From NCBI GenBank assembly GCA_039630085.1, contig JBCNVM010000005.1, positions 14,122-78,121 on the forward strand: a stretch of DNA of 64,000 nt, in the 5' to 3' direction. A model generated the notes under the pieces. That model saw nothing but the letters and a program-made list of their open reading frames with translations. It had not been told where the DNA came from and made no database searches. Shown here piece after piece: positions 27,625 to 37,873 of the stretch. The position numbers were made by a program, and so were the translations under genes. Position 1 is the stretch's first letter. The number at the start of each line of letters is the position of its first letter. This stretch comes from Candidatus Caldarchaeales archaeon (GTDB taxonomy: Archaea; Thermoproteota; Nitrososphaeria_A; Caldarchaeales; Calditenuaceae).

Positions 27625-28206
27625 ATGCGGGAGTTCGAGCGCTGGAGGCCGAAGGTCTACGAGGACGAGGCGATAGTCCTCGGGACCGAGCAGTCGAGGA
27701 GGGGCGGGAGGTACGGACACGCGAACGTCTTCTACCTCCTCGGGACCGAGCACTTCACGCTCCTCGAGGCGGCGGTCTCCCCCGAGCTGAGGCTCATCCC
27801 CGGAAACCTCCTCTACATCGGCAAGGACGCGCCCAGGGACATGGTCAGGATCATCAGGAGGGTCGGGTACCAGGACCTCCCCGAGATGGCGAGGCTCGAG
27901 CTCGAGAGGGCGGTCGAGAGGATAGTGGGCGAGAAGGAGGAGAAGTTCGTGAAGTTCTTCAACACCTGCGGCCCCCTCACGCCGAGGCTCCACGCCCTCG
28001 AGGTGATCCCCGGGATCGGGAAGAAGACGATGCTTAAGGTCCTCGAGGAGAGGGAGAGGAAGCCCTTCGAGTCCTTCGAGGATATCGAGGCGAGGACGGG
28101 CCTGCAGGACGTCAAGGGGAGCGTCGTGAAGAGGATACTGCAGGAGCTCTCCGACCCAAACAACAGGTACTGGCTCTTCGCGAGGCCGCCGCACGTCGAG
28201 GCCTGA
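27625..28206 (+). CDS. DUF655 family predicted RNA-binding protein (COG1491, HhH)
   Basis: Conserved archaeal neighbour of rpoF. HhH motif (IPGIGKKTMLKVLE). Confidence 0.7.
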   Translation: MREFERWRPKVYEDEAIVLGTEQSRRGGRYGHANVFYLLGTEHFTLLEAAVSPELRLIPGNLLYIGKDAPRDMVRIIRRVGYQDLPEMARLELERAVERIVGEKEEKFVKFFNTCGPLTPRLHALEVIPGIGKKTMLKVLEERERKPFESFEDIEARTGLQDVKGSVVKRILQELSDPNNRYWLFARPPHVEA

Positions 28207-28274
28207 CCCCGAGGAGCTAGATGCCTGGGGTTCGGGTCTCACGTAAATATTGCCCGGATCGGGAGCGGTTCGGG

Positions 28275-29027
28275 ATGAACGAGCTCGTGAGGATGGAGGA
28301 CGTCTCCTTCGCCTACGCGAACTCCCGGAGCCCGGTCCTCCAGGGGATCAACGTCCACGTTAACTACGCCGAGTTCGTGGGCATAGTCGGGCCGAGCGGG
28401 TGCGGCAAGTCGACGCTCCTCAGGCTCATGTCGGGCCTCCTCAAGCCCACGAGGGGCAGGGTGCTCTTCAGGGGCGAGCCTCTAGACGGCCCCAATCCCA
28501 GGATCTCGATGATGTTCCAGTCCCCGACGCTCCTGCCTTGGCTCACGGTGATCGACAACGTCACGCTCCCCCTCAGGGCTAGGAAGGACCTGACCGAGGA
28601 GGAGAAGGAGGAGCTTGGGATGAGGTTCCTCGACCTCACGGGGCTCTCAGGTTACGAGAGGGCCTATCCCAGGGAGCTCAGCGGAGGGATGCAGCAGCGC
28701 GTGGCCCTCGCGAGGGCCCTCGTCAGCCTACCGGACCTCCTCCTCCTCGACGAGCCGTTCAGCAACCTGGACCCGCTCACAGCGCTGGCCCTGATCAGGG
28801 AGATAGAGCACATGTGGTACGACTCCAGCCTGCCCCCGGCCTCGGTCGTGCTGGTCTCCCACAACGTCGACGAGATAGTCCAGCTCTCTGACAGGATCCT
28901 CGTCCTCAAGGGAAGACCCGCGACCGTCGTCGCAGAGGTCAAGGTCGAGCTCGAGAGGCCGAGAGTCAGGAGGAGCCCGGAGTTCCTCAACATCGTCGAC
29001 GAGGTTATTGTGCTTCTGGGGAACTAG
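28275..29027 (+). CDS. ABC transporter ATP-binding protein (nitrate/sulfonate/taurine NitT-TauT family, SsuB/TauB-like)
   Basis: Walker A GPSGCGKST, signature LSGGMQQRVALARAL, Walker B LLLDEPFS, H-loop VSHN. No permease in cis. Confidence 0.8.
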   Translation: MNELVRMEDVSFAYANSRSPVLQGINVHVNYAEFVGIVGPSGCGKSTLLRLMSGLLKPTRGRVLFRGEPLDGPNPRISMMFQSPTLLPWLTVIDNVTLPLRARKDLTEEEKEELGMRFLDLTGLSGYERAYPRELSGGMQQRVALARALVSLPDLLLLDEPFSNLDPLTALALIREIEHMWYDSSLPPASVVLVSHNVDEIVQLSDRILVLKGRPATVVAEVKVELERPRVRRSPEFLNIVDEVIVLLGN

Positions 29028-29530
29028 GCCCTCGATCTTCTCGCCCTCCTGATCTTGAAGGAGGAGGACTCTCCGTCGTACTCGAGTATGCCGGTAGCGA
29101 CAAGCCAGTCGATGATGAAGGAGTTCAGCCTCCTCAGCTGCTCCTCCTCGACCGAGCAGAGCCCGAGCCTCTCGTTGATCTCCTCGACCGAGAGCGGCGA
29201 CTGGACCGAGGACAGAAGCGCGATGATCGACCTGAAGGGCTCGAGCCCCTGCACCAGCTCCCTCAGCATCCCCAGCTTCCCAGACATCCCCTTCCTGCTG
29301 AAGGCTTGGCCCTCCTTCGTGAGGATCAGGTCGCCGTTCGCGACCTCGACGAACCTCAGCGCCCTCGCGACGTCCGCGACCCTCAGGAGGTGCCCGGTCT
29401 CCATCCCGGTCTCCCTCGCTAGCCGATGCAGGTCTATCCGGCCTCCCCAGAGCACCAGGACCTCGACCAGCCCCGCGATCATCGAGGGCGTCACGTCTAT
29501 GGGGCAGCTCGGTTGCTCCTCTTCCGACAA
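29024..29530 (-). CDS. hypothetical protein (possibly AAA-associated / winged-helix like)
   Basis: 168-aa ORF convergent with the SsuB-like ATPase. No confident domain assignment. Confidence 0.35.
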   Translation of the reverse strand: MSEEEQPSCPIDVTPSMIAGLVEVLVLWGGRIDLHRLARETGMETGHLLRVADVARALRFVEVANGDLILTKEGQAFSRKGMSGKLGMLRELVQGLEPFRSIIALLSSVQSPLSVEEINERLGLCSVEEEQLRRLNSFIIDWLVATGILEYDGESSSFKIRRARRSRA

Positions 29531-29581
29531 CCCCTCAGGAGCCTTCCCGGCGTCCGCATAAAAACCCTGACCCGGTTCTCA

Positions 29582-29590
29582 TTTAAATAC
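29582..29590 (+). promoter_or_regulatory. TATA box (tttaaatac) for leaderless rps9
   Basis: 24-30 nt upstream of the ATG at 29614. Confidence 0.5.
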
Positions 29591-29613
29591 AGACCGAGCT
29601 CGGTGACCGGAGG

Positions 29614-30030
29614 ATGGCGCAGGCTGCGAGGGCGGAGGCGCTCAGGACGGTCTTCGTGGGCAAGAGAAAGGAGGCGGTGGCGAGGCTGAAGGTCGAGCGG
29701 GGCTCGGGGAAGGTGATGGTGAACGGCACGCCGATCGAGCTCTGGGGGAACTGGATCGCGAGGGAGAAGGCGATGGCGCCGGTCAGAATCGCCGGCGAGG
29801 CCGCGGGCTCCTACGACTTCCACCTGAACGTCCAGGGAGGCGGGATTCTGGGCCAGGCCGACGCGATCGCGATCGCGATCTCGAGGGCTCTGGCGGCGCT
29901 GAACCCGGAGCTGAGGAAGTCGGTCGAGTCCTACGACTACCACATGATCTCGGGTGACCCGAGGAGGACCGAGCCCAAGAAGCCCAACAGGAGGTCCGCG
30001 AGGAGGTTCAAGCAGAAGTCCTACAGGTGA
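29614..30030 (+). CDS. rps9: 30S ribosomal protein S9 (uS9)
   Basis: GGG…GQA…AI…AISRAL and the C-terminal RRSARRFKQKSYR. Confidence 0.9.
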   Translation: MAQAARAEALRTVFVGKRKEAVARLKVERGSGKVMVNGTPIELWGNWIAREKAMAPVRIAGEAAGSYDFHLNVQGGGILGQADAIAIAISRALAALNPELRKSVESYDYHMISGDPRRTEPKKPNRRSARRFKQKSYR

Positions 30031-30072
30031 AGCCCCGAGGCCTGAAGCGACCGAGCCGGAGCGGGCCGGAGC

Positions 30073-30756
30073 TTGACGAGGGTCGATCTTGTGATAGCTG
30101 AGGCCGCGATCGAGCTTGTGCCGAGGGAGCTCTGGAGGGAGCCCGACGTCGTCTCCTACTGCAGGAGGAGGAAGAAGGACGTCAGGTGGACGCTCCTCGA
30201 CTCCTCCTACCACCACAGGGCGATGAGGGGGCTCAGCGACGGCCACAGGCGCGGTAGGCCTGACATCGTCCACTTCGCGCTCCTCGAGGCCCTCGGCTCG
30301 CCGCTCAACCTCTCGGGGATGCTGGGCGTACACGTTCACACCTGGGACAACAGGTGGATCAGGGTGAACCCGGCGACGAGGCTCCCGAGGGTCTACGACC
30401 GGTTCAAGGGCCTGATCGAGCAGCTCTACAAGGAGGGAAGGGTCGCCTCCGGTGACGGGGCCGTCCTCCTCGAGATGGAGGAGTCGGACCTGAGGGGCGT
30501 GCTCGAAAGGCTCGGTCCGGGCACGAGGGTCCTCCTCCACGAGTCCGGGGACGACATGGAGGCTGCGATCGGAGCTGGGTCGGTTGGGGTAGACGACATG
30601 AAGCTGATCGTCGGCGGCTTCCCGCACGGCGACTTCAGCCGGGAGGTCCTCGAAGCGGCCGACATTCGGCTAAGGGTCTCGAGCCACAGGCTCGACGCGT
30701 GGGTCGCAGTATCGAGGGCCCTCTGCCTCTTGGAGAGGCGCCTGCTGGGCCGCTGA
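30073..30756 (+). CDS. nep1: ribosomal RNA small subunit pseudouridine-N1 methyltransferase Nep1 (Emg1)
   Basis: SPOUT/Nep1 motifs (RPDIVHFALLEALGSPLN, VHVHTWDNRWIRVNPATRLPR). Confidence 0.85.
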   Translation: MTRVDLVIAEAAIELVPRELWREPDVVSYCRRRKKDVRWTLLDSSYHHRAMRGLSDGHRRGRPDIVHFALLEALGSPLNLSGMLGVHVHTWDNRWIRVNPATRLPRVYDRFKGLIEQLYKEGRVASGDGAVLLEMEESDLRGVLERLGPGTRVLLHESGDDMEAAIGAGSVGVDDMKLIVGGFPHGDFSREVLEAADIRLRVSSHRLDAWVAVSRALCLLERRLLGR

Positions 30757-30768
30757 GGAGGAGAGGGT

Positions 30769-32469
30769 TCAGCCGTACCTGAAGGCGACCCCGTGCCCCC
30801 GCCTCTCGTGTCCGAAGTCCACGACGCCCTTCGGGCCTATCACGCCACAGGTCCCGCAGGCGACGCAGGCCACGTAGTCGAACCTCAGCCTCGCCCTCGC
30901 CACGTCCTCGAACGTCTCCCGTAGGGCCCTTGCCCTCGCGGCCTCCTCCGAGAGCCCCTCGGACCTGGCCCTGTTGAGGTTGAAGAGGTATAGGTCCCTG
31001 TAGGACGCGAAGACGCCCTTGTCGAGCAGGAGCGTGTAGCAGTTGACCGGGCAGGCCGGCACCCACTGCTTCAGGGAGAAGGAGGACGCGGCGTCGATGT
31101 CGACCTTGATGTGGCTGTAGTGGTGGTCCTCGTCGTACTGGAGCATGCCCGTGAGCTCCTGGACCCTCTTGATCGCGTCCCTCGACCCGACCTGCGGGGC
31201 GTTGCTCGAAGCAGAGCTTACCCATTCGCCTCCGGTCGCGAGGAGCAGCCTCGGGCCGAGACCGTACCCGATCCGGCCCTCGCTTATCGCGGAGTTCGTG
31301 GCGGACCTCCTGATGTCCCTCTGGATCGGCCTGAGGAGCTCCCGGTAGTGGGAGAGCGCCTCCTCGTCGAACCTGTTGGCCGAGAGGCACCTCAGCGCGA
31401 CCTCGGCCGCCATTATCCCGGTCGCGATCGCCCTCCTCATGCCGTCGATGAGGCCCCCGATCTTGACGAAGGCTCCCAGCGCGTCGCCGGTCACGAGGAA
31501 CCCTGCCCTGTAGGGCCTCTCGAGGAACGTCTTGTGGCCCTTCGGTATGTTGTGGGCCGAGTACTCGACGAGTTCCGCTCCCTCGAGGTACTTGGAGACC
31601 GCGGGGTGGGCCTCGAACTCCTCCAGCAGGTCCATCGGCTTCCCGACGTTGACGGGGTCCTCCGCCGCTCGCTTCAGGTACGCTTCCAGCGAGACGACGA
31701 TCCCGACGCTGAGGGTGTCCCTGTTGGTGTAGAGGAAGGCGCCCCCGCTGACGCCCCTCATGAAGGGCCCGATGAAGTAGATCGCCTTGCCCTCGCCCTG
31801 TCCGACCCCGAACCTCTCCTCGATCAGCTCGGGCTTGAGCTTGAAGACGTGCTTGACGCCGTGGTAGACCTGGTGCGGCTCGAGCTTCGGCCGGAGCCCC
31901 GCCTCGACCACGAGGTTCGAAGTGACGCCGGTCGCGTCGATCACCAGCTTCGACCTTAGTTCCTCGTCGCCGGTACTGACCCCGACGACCCTTCCGTCCT
32001 CGAAGATGAGGTGCTCCACGGTGGTGCAGGTGTTCACGACTCCCCCCGCCTCCTGGACCTTCGTCGCCATCCACCGGTCAATCCTCGCCCTCAGGACCGA
32101 GTAGGCCCTCTCGCCGGTGTAGTTGAAGCCCGTGATCCCGAGCTTCGTCAAGAAGGAGCGCTCGTCGACCCTCCTCACCTTGTACGACGCGGCGCCGTCG
32201 GTGCGCGTGGGCTCCGTGACGAAGAGGACCTCGTGCGAGACGATCCGCCTCTCAACCGGCCCTTTCTCGACGAAGTCCGGGAAGACGTCGAGCACGGTGT
32301 AGCCCGGGATGTAGTCGAGGTAGAGGACCCCGCCCGAGACGTTCTTGCTCCCAGCGAGGGGGCCGCGCTCCAAGAGAGCGACGTCGACCCCGTTCTGGAC
32401 CAGCTTCATCGCGGCTGCACATCCGGCGGGCCCTGCACCTACCACTATGACGTCGAAGTCGTAGCCCAC
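30769..32469 (-). CDS. fixCX: electron-transfer flavoprotein:quinone oxidoreductase FixC fused to ferredoxin-like FixX
   Basis: FAD-binding Rossmann region (VIVVGAGPAGCAAA), ETF-QO core, and C-terminal 4Fe-4S-like cysteines (CVACGTCGVIGP). Confidence 0.8.
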   Translation of the reverse strand: MGYDFDVIVVGAGPAGCAAAMKLVQNGVDVALLERGPLAGSKNVSGGVLYLDYIPGYTVLDVFPDFVEKGPVERRIVSHEVLFVTEPTRTDGAASYKVRRVDERSFLTKLGITGFNYTGERAYSVLRARIDRWMATKVQEAGGVVNTCTTVEHLIFEDGRVVGVSTGDEELRSKLVIDATGVTSNLVVEAGLRPKLEPHQVYHGVKHVFKLKPELIEERFGVGQGEGKAIYFIGPFMRGVSGGAFLYTNRDTLSVGIVVSLEAYLKRAAEDPVNVGKPMDLLEEFEAHPAVSKYLEGAELVEYSAHNIPKGHKTFLERPYRAGFLVTGDALGAFVKIGGLIDGMRRAIATGIMAAEVALRCLSANRFDEEALSHYRELLRPIQRDIRRSATNSAISEGRIGYGLGPRLLLATGGEWVSSASSNAPQVGSRDAIKRVQELTGMLQYDEDHHYSHIKVDIDAASSFSLKQWVPACPVNCYTLLLDKGVFASYRDLYLFNLNRARSEGLSEEAARARALRETFEDVARARLRFDYVACVACGTCGVIGPKGVVDFGHERRGHGVAFRYG

Positions 32470-33588
32470 TTAGATCGACCTCAGCCCCTCGATCAGCTTT
32501 GGGAGGAACTCGTAGAGGTCCCCGACGACGCAGTAGTGCGCGATCTGGAAAATGGGGGCGTTGGGGTCCGTGTTGACCGCTACGATCTTCTTCGCCCTCT
32601 GCATGCCGACCCTGTGCTGGAGAGCTCCGCTTATCCCCAGGGCGATGTAGACGTCCGGCGCGACGGTCTTCCCTGTCTGTCCGACCTGCCTCTCCTTAGT
32701 TATCAGACCCTCGAGCTCCTTCAGCTGGGCGTAGATCAGGGCCCTGCTCGAGCCGATCTCGGCCTTAAGGCCCAGCTTCTCCCGTATCAGCGCCTTCAGC
32801 TCCTCCGCCATCCTGTACGCCTCCCTCGGGTCCCTCGGGTTCCCTGCGGCGTCCCTCAGTATCCCGAGCCCCAGGCTGATGACGACGTTCGCCTCCTCGA
32901 GCTTCACCTCGCTCTTGGGGAGGCGCTTTGTCTCGAGGACCTCGACCTGGAAGTCGTCCTCGTTGAACCGGGGCTCCCACCTGATCACCTCGCCGTCCCT
33001 GCCCTCGTCCCTCGGGAGGGGCGTGAAGTTCCCGGGCCTCACGCTGCTGATCTGGGGCCTGTGCTTCGGCGTGAAGATCTTCGCGACCCTCGTGGCGAAG
33101 TCGGGCCTCACCTGCGCGATGCAGTCCTTGTAGATGTACCGGCCAGTGGGTAGGTTCATGACGAAGTCCTCGACTATGAGGTCGATCACGTCCGCGGCGA
33201 GGCCCGTCCTCGTCCTGTAAGCTACCCTAGGTCCGAGGTCCTTCCCGATCTCGCTGGTGACGAAGAGCAGCGCCCACGGCTTCAGCTTCAGGACCATGTC
33301 GGAGAGCACGGTCGTGTACGGCAGGACCTGGTAGTCCTTGAGGCGGGGGTCGTCGCAGTAGATCACCTTGTCTGCCCCGTAGTAAATCGGCTCCCTCACC
33401 AGGTCCCCGAGGTTGTAACCCATCAGGACGCAGACGACCTTCATCCCAACCTTCTCGGCGATCTTCCTCGCACCGGCTATGACCTCGGTCGTCGCCCTGG
33501 TGAGCTGGCCGTCCTCGTGCTCGCAGTAGACCCAGACGTCGGTGTACCCCTCTATCCTGATCTCAAAGCTTGGCAGCTGCGAGGACAC
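32470..33588 (-). CDS. etfA: electron transfer flavoprotein alpha subunit (EtfA/FixB)
   Basis: ETF alpha FAD-binding C-terminal domain (ALGISGALQHRVGMQRAKKIVAVNTDPNAPIF). Confidence 0.85.
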   Translation of the reverse strand: MSSQLPSFEIRIEGYTDVWVYCEHEDGQLTRATTEVIAGARKIAEKVGMKVVCVLMGYNLGDLVREPIYYGADKVIYCDDPRLKDYQVLPYTTVLSDMVLKLKPWALLFVTSEIGKDLGPRVAYRTRTGLAADVIDLIVEDFVMNLPTGRYIYKDCIAQVRPDFATRVAKIFTPKHRPQISSVRPGNFTPLPRDEGRDGEVIRWEPRFNEDDFQVEVLETKRLPKSEVKLEEANVVISLGLGILRDAAGNPRDPREAYRMAEELKALIREKLGLKAEIGSSRALIYAQLKELEGLITKERQVGQTGKTVAPDVYIALGISGALQHRVGMQRAKKIVAVNTDPNAPIFQIAHYCVVGDLYEFLPKLIEGLRSI

Positions 33589-34765
33589 CGCCGAACACCT
33601 CCGCTATCAGGTCCTTCAGTTCGAACGTCTTCACTAGGCCCTTAGCCTCGAGCTCCCTCACCAGCTCCTCGGGCAACCCCTCGACCTTCTGGAACCTCTC
33701 GAAAGGCCCGTAGGCCTTGCCGTTGAACTCGAGCCTCTCGACCCTCGCGGAGAAGACCTTCGTCACGCCCAGGAACTTCTGCACGGGAATGCCGCCTATG
33801 TCGATCCCAGGACCGACGATGGTCGGGGACCCTGCCAGCCCTATCTGCGAGGGGTCGGCGCCGATCGCGTCGGCGTTCCAGACGACCACCTCCGGCGACT
33901 TTTCCCTGTAGGAGAAGGACCTCGCCCTCTTCCTCCTCGAGACCGGCGGGACGTCGGGCCTGTACTCGGGCGAGATCGTGATCACGCACGGCAGCGGCGA
34001 CCTGACCCTCTGGACGTAGGAGCCGAGCTTCCGCTCAGCGATCAGCGTACCGCTCTCCGCGTCGACCTCGAACCAAGAGACGTACGTGATGTCAGGTATC
34101 CTCTTGCCCAGCAGGTCCGAGAGCGCCTCTGCGGTCTGGGGTCCCGTGCTTCCAGTCTCGCCGTCGGAGGTCTTCAGACCCGCGACGATCAGGAACCTCT
34201 CCAGCTCGACCTTTACCCTCTCGAGCGCCTCGAGCGCCTCCTCCCTCGTCGCCTGACCCCTGGCGTAGCGCTGGATGACACCGAGCGGGACGCCCGGCTT
34301 GTCGGTGTAGAGGAGGTTCGGGATTAGGTTCTTCTCGTAAAGCTCCTTGGCCCTCTCGAGGACCCTCTCCGGGCTCTCGCCGGACTCGACCATCGACCTG
34401 AGCTCGTCGACCGCGCCCCTGTTCAGGTCAAGCACCCTCTTGATCCCCAGGGCCAGCGTGTAGGCGGTCGCCCATGTGTCGGCACCGGCCATCCTCCTGT
34501 CGCTCAGGATGACGCCCTCGTCGACTCCCTCGATCGGCTGCGCGTAAAGCTCCGAGACCAGCGGCTTCACCTTGAAGTCGGGGCCCATGCTGACCGCGAC
34601 GAGCTTTCCCCCGTTGTACCTCTTCGCGTAGTCGGCGGCTTGGAGCGCCTTGAAGTCGAGCGGGTTGATCACCAGGTCCATCTCTTCCCTCCTCAGGACG
34701 CCGCCGACCGTGATGACTCTGGTCGTCCTGGCCGGCACCGCCTTGGTCATCAATATCACGATCAC
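33563..34765 (-). CDS. etfB: electron transfer flavoprotein beta subunit (EtfB/FixA), long form with insertion/C-terminal extension
   Basis: ETF beta N-terminal AMP-binding fold (KAVPARTT…VAVSMG…). The 400-aa length exceeds the canonical roughly 260 aa. Confidence 0.7.
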   Translation of the reverse strand: MIVILMTKAVPARTTRVITVGGVLRREEMDLVINPLDFKALQAADYAKRYNGGKLVAVSMGPDFKVKPLVSELYAQPIEGVDEGVILSDRRMAGADTWATAYTLALGIKRVLDLNRGAVDELRSMVESGESPERVLERAKELYEKNLIPNLLYTDKPGVPLGVIQRYARGQATREEALEALERVKVELERFLIVAGLKTSDGETGSTGPQTAEALSDLLGKRIPDITYVSWFEVDAESGTLIAERKLGSYVQRVRSPLPCVITISPEYRPDVPPVSRRKRARSFSYREKSPEVVVWNADAIGADPSQIGLAGSPTIVGPGIDIGGIPVQKFLGVTKVFSARVERLEFNGKAYGPFERFQKVEGLPEELVRELEAKGLVKTFELKDLIAEVFGGVLAAAKL

Positions 34766-34861
34766 GATCTCTCCCGGGGAGTCTTCAACGACGCTCTTAA
34801 TTTATACCCTCCGAGAATAAACGGAACTCGAAGACGGTCCGACGTCAAGAGGTCGCGTCCG

Positions 34862-36028
34862 TCACCCTACCAGCGACTGGAGCCTCCTAAGGGCCTCGAG
34901 CTTCTCCCGGTCTCCTAGCCTCGCGGACTGAACCGCCTCTCGGAGGACCTCCGCGTTCCTGAGCATCGCCCTCCTGTCGACCCAGTAGGGCCTTCCGCTC
35001 TTCGTCCCGTGGGCGTACGCAAACTTGACCGGGTCACGCCACGAGAGCTTAGTGCCGTAGACGAGCGCCGAGACGTACGCGAGCCCCCTGACCGTCGCGG
35101 GCCCCACTCCCTTCACCGTGAGGAGCTCTTCGAAGCTCTCGACGCCCTTCGCCCTCCTGATCGCGTCTTCGTCGAGCGACCTCGGCGGGAGGAGGTGCTT
35201 GGGGACCTCGGCTCCGGAGAAGGGTCCGGCCTCCCTGTCGAGGAGCCTCTGGCCCTTGAGGAGGGCCCTAGCCTGCGCGAGGTCCTCGTTGAGCCTCGTC
35301 ACGGGGGTGTCCTTCAGCATCTCGACCACCGCGTCCCTCGTCTCCCTCGACTCGGGGCTGGTCATGTCGAGCACCGCGGCCTCGCACCTCTCGGCGACGA
35401 TCGAGGTGTGCGGCCTCTCGGCTGAGGCTCCCCTCTCCGAGGACCAGTGGTACCGCCTCGCGAGCCCGGCCTCGACGTTCATCCCCTGGTTGATCGCCGC
35501 CCAGCTTCCCTCCTCAGAGACTACCATCGCGTGGAAGTAGACGGCGTAGGAGTCCTGGAGGGCGGAGTCGTCGACGCTGCACGTCAGCCTCGAGACGACG
35601 GCCAGCTCGTCCCTGTCCCTGAGGCCCATCTCGCGGCCCAGCCTCTCGAGCTCGTAAGGAACCCACCTCATCTCCTCGCCCTTCCCGCCGACCACCTTCA
35701 CCGGCACGTCAGCGCCCCTGAGTCCCTCCTTGAGCGCCTTCAGCGTGACCGTCGTCTGGCCGCTGGTGTCCCACTCGAAACCCAAAACGCACGCGAGGGC
35801 GGTCAGCCACGCGGGGTCCGAGAACCTCCTCACCGTCTCCTCGGGCCCGTGCACCTCGACGAGGGCCCTGACTATCCCCCTCCCCAGCTCGACCATCTCC
35901 CTGAAGTGAGGCACCGGCCCCGAGACCAGCCAGAGCCTCGCCTCCCCTACCCTCCTCACCGGCACTAATTCCGCCGCTCCGGATTTAGGATTTACCGGCC
36001 GGCTGAGCTGAAGGGCGTCCGTTCCCAT
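34862..36028 (-). CDS. conserved archaeal hypothetical protein with helix-hairpin-helix motif (DUF763-like)
   Basis: 388 aa with the HhH motif GVGPATVRGLAYVSALVYG. No catalytic signature recognised. Confidence 0.4.
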   Translation of the reverse strand: MGTDALQLSRPVNPKSGAAELVPVRRVGEARLWLVSGPVPHFREMVELGRGIVRALVEVHGPEETVRRFSDPAWLTALACVLGFEWDTSGQTTVTLKALKEGLRGADVPVKVVGGKGEEMRWVPYELERLGREMGLRDRDELAVVSRLTCSVDDSALQDSYAVYFHAMVVSEEGSWAAINQGMNVEAGLARRYHWSSERGASAERPHTSIVAERCEAAVLDMTSPESRETRDAVVEMLKDTPVTRLNEDLAQARALLKGQRLLDREAGPFSGAEVPKHLLPPRSLDEDAIRRAKGVESFEELLTVKGVGPATVRGLAYVSALVYGTKLSWRDPVKFAYAHGTKSGRPYWVDRRAMLRNAEVLREAVQSARLGDREKLEALRRLQSLVG

Positions 36029-36068
36029 TGCGAAAAACGTTCAAATCCTCTGGCCGGTCTGTGGCAAC

Positions 36069-36395
36069 GTGGCCGAACCGAGGGGGCCCAGGCTCGTGGC
36101 CTTAGAGCTGCAGTCGCCCGAGGACCTCTTCAGGCTGGCCTCCCTCCTGCCGGCGCCGTTCGTCAACTACTCGGCCGACGAGGGTGTCGTCTTCATACCC
36201 CTGGGCGGGCTGAGCAGGGCCGGGACCGTCTACTTCGCGAGGGTCGGCGGCGAGCTGAGGTCGAGGTTCGCGCACGTCAACAGGCTCAGGGGAACGGTGA
36301 GCTTCGGGGACGAGGCCTCCCTCGAGCCGAACGTGGTCAACGTCGAGATAATCAGGGTCAAGTCCCACAACGTCCCCATTCCGAGGTCAAAGTAG
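36069..36395 (+). CDS. hypothetical protein
   Basis: 108-aa ORF with native composition and no domain call. Confidence 0.35.
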   Translation: MAEPRGPRLVALELQSPEDLFRLASLLPAPFVNYSADEGVVFIPLGGLSRAGTVYFARVGGELRSRFAHVNRLRGTVSFGDEASLEPNVVNVEIIRVKSHNVPIPRSK

Positions 36396-36959
36396 GCCGC
36401 GCCTGCTGAACTTCCTCCTCTGGGCGTACTGGTCGAGGTACCTGTAGACCGCGCTGTGCGGAGACCCCTGGACCAGCATCGTCACTGCCCTCACCGCGGC
36501 CTCGACGTCCTCCGGATGCCCCATTATCGCGACCCTGTCGCCCTGGATCGCGACGTCCACGTGCGCCGTCTCCTCGATGATCCTCTTCGTCTTCCCCTGC
36601 GCGCCTATCACCCTGCCCATCACCCTCCTGACGTCCCCGGGGTCCTTCCCGACGAACTCGGAGACGTCCACCACCGCGAGGGCCACGTTGTCGCTGGCGA
36701 GCTTCATCGCGGCCTCGGGTTTGAAGCCGCTGGCTATCGCGGTCACCATGTCCCTCGCCTTGAACAGAGCCACCGGGTCTCCTCCCTCGGACGGAGGCCT
36801 CGCGAGCCTGATCTCGACCCTGCCGTTGGGGCTGTCGACGTTCAGCAGCACGCCCAGCAGCTCCTCGATCTCCCTCTTCGTGGATCCCCCGGGCCCCATC
36901 AGGACGGCGACCCTCTCCGGGGGCACCGTGACGTAGAAGACCTGCTCGTGCCCCGCCAT
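36387..36959 (-). CDS. RNA-binding protein with two KH domains (aDim2/Pno1-like)
   Basis: Two GxxG KH signatures (MGPGGSTKREIEE; IGAQGKTKRIIEETA). Confidence 0.7.
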   Translation of the reverse strand: MAGHEQVFYVTVPPERVAVLMGPGGSTKREIEELLGVLLNVDSPNGRVEIRLARPPSEGGDPVALFKARDMVTAIASGFKPEAAMKLASDNVALAVVDVSEFVGKDPGDVRRVMGRVIGAQGKTKRIIEETAHVDVAIQGDRVAIMGHPEDVEAAVRAVTMLVQGSPHSAVYRYLDQYAQRRKFSRRGLL

Positions 36960-37053
36960 GGCTCCACCGAATCCCCGCCGCCTCGGTATTCAAGCATTAG
37001 ATCCGTGATCGCTCAGGCTGGCTGGAAAGGGAAAATACGCCCCAGGCGGTCCA

Positions 37054-37872
37054 GTGGAGGGGTCGGGCTTGCTCCCGCCGCTCGAGGGGTTCATGCTGAG
37101 GGCCTACGTCGCGGGCCTCATAGTCGCGGTGATCCTCCCGACGGTCGGGAACTTCGTGGTCCCAAAGAGGCTCTCGATGATCGGCGACACCGCGGCCCAC
37201 GTGACGTTCGGAGCTCTGGCGGCCGCGGCCCTCCTCGAGGTCGCTTCCGTGGACGCCCTGCTCTACGGCGTCACCGCGCTCTCGGTGCTCGGAGTCCTCT
37301 GGATGGTAAGGTCCCTCGGCTACTCGGGCGACACGGCCGCGGCGATTTTCTTGGCCCTTGGGGCCGCGACCGCCTCGATCGCCTACAGCCTCGGGTCGAG
37401 GCTCAGCGTTCAAGGCATCCTCTTTGGCTCGATCCTGCTGGTCGGGTGGGAGGAGATCGCGTCCGCGGCCGTCGTCCTCGGGGTGATCCTAGGAACCCTC
37501 GCGGTCCGTTACAGGGCTCTCCAACTCTACGTCCTCAGCGGCGAACTCGTCAGGCTGAGGGGGCACAGGCCGGAGTACGTCGAGGCGCTGCTCGCGGTGT
37601 TAACCTCCATGGCCGTGGTGAGCTCGATCAGGCTCCTGGGAGTCCTAATGGTCACCGCGCTCACGATCATCCCCGTCGCCGCTGCCTCGAGCGTCGCCAC
37701 GTCGATGAAGAGGTGCATCGCGCTATCGGTCGCGATCGCCCAGGCGTCCGTCTTCTCCGGGGTCACGCTCTCCTACTATGTCGGCTTCCCGCCGGGCGCG
37801 ATGACTGTCCTCGCGGCGCTCGCGGCTCTGGTCGTGACCTCCTCCCTCTCGAGGGCCGGGGTGAGGGCCTGA
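37054..37872 (+). CDS. metal ABC transporter permease (ZnuB/MntB/TroC, ABC-3 family)
   Basis: Eight TM helices and an ABC-3 family layout. No cognate ATPase or SBP adjacent. Confidence 0.65.
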   Translation: MEGSGLLPPLEGFMLRAYVAGLIVAVILPTVGNFVVPKRLSMIGDTAAHVTFGALAAAALLEVASVDALLYGVTALSVLGVLWMVRSLGYSGDTAAAIFLALGAATASIAYSLGSRLSVQGILFGSILLVGWEEIASAAVVLGVILGTLAVRYRALQLYVLSGELVRLRGHRPEYVEALLAVLTSMAVVSSIRLLGVLMVTALTIIPVAAASSVATSMKRCIALSVAIAQASVFSGVTLSYYVGFPPGAMTVLAALAALVVTSSLSRAGVRA

Positions 37873-37873
37873 G

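Noticed and set aside
36029-36068. TTCAAATCC (tRNA T-loop-like string) in the divergent promoter between 34862-36028 and 36069-36395
   Set aside because: Flanking bases cannot form a T-stem or acceptor stem on either strand. It is an isolated motif match.
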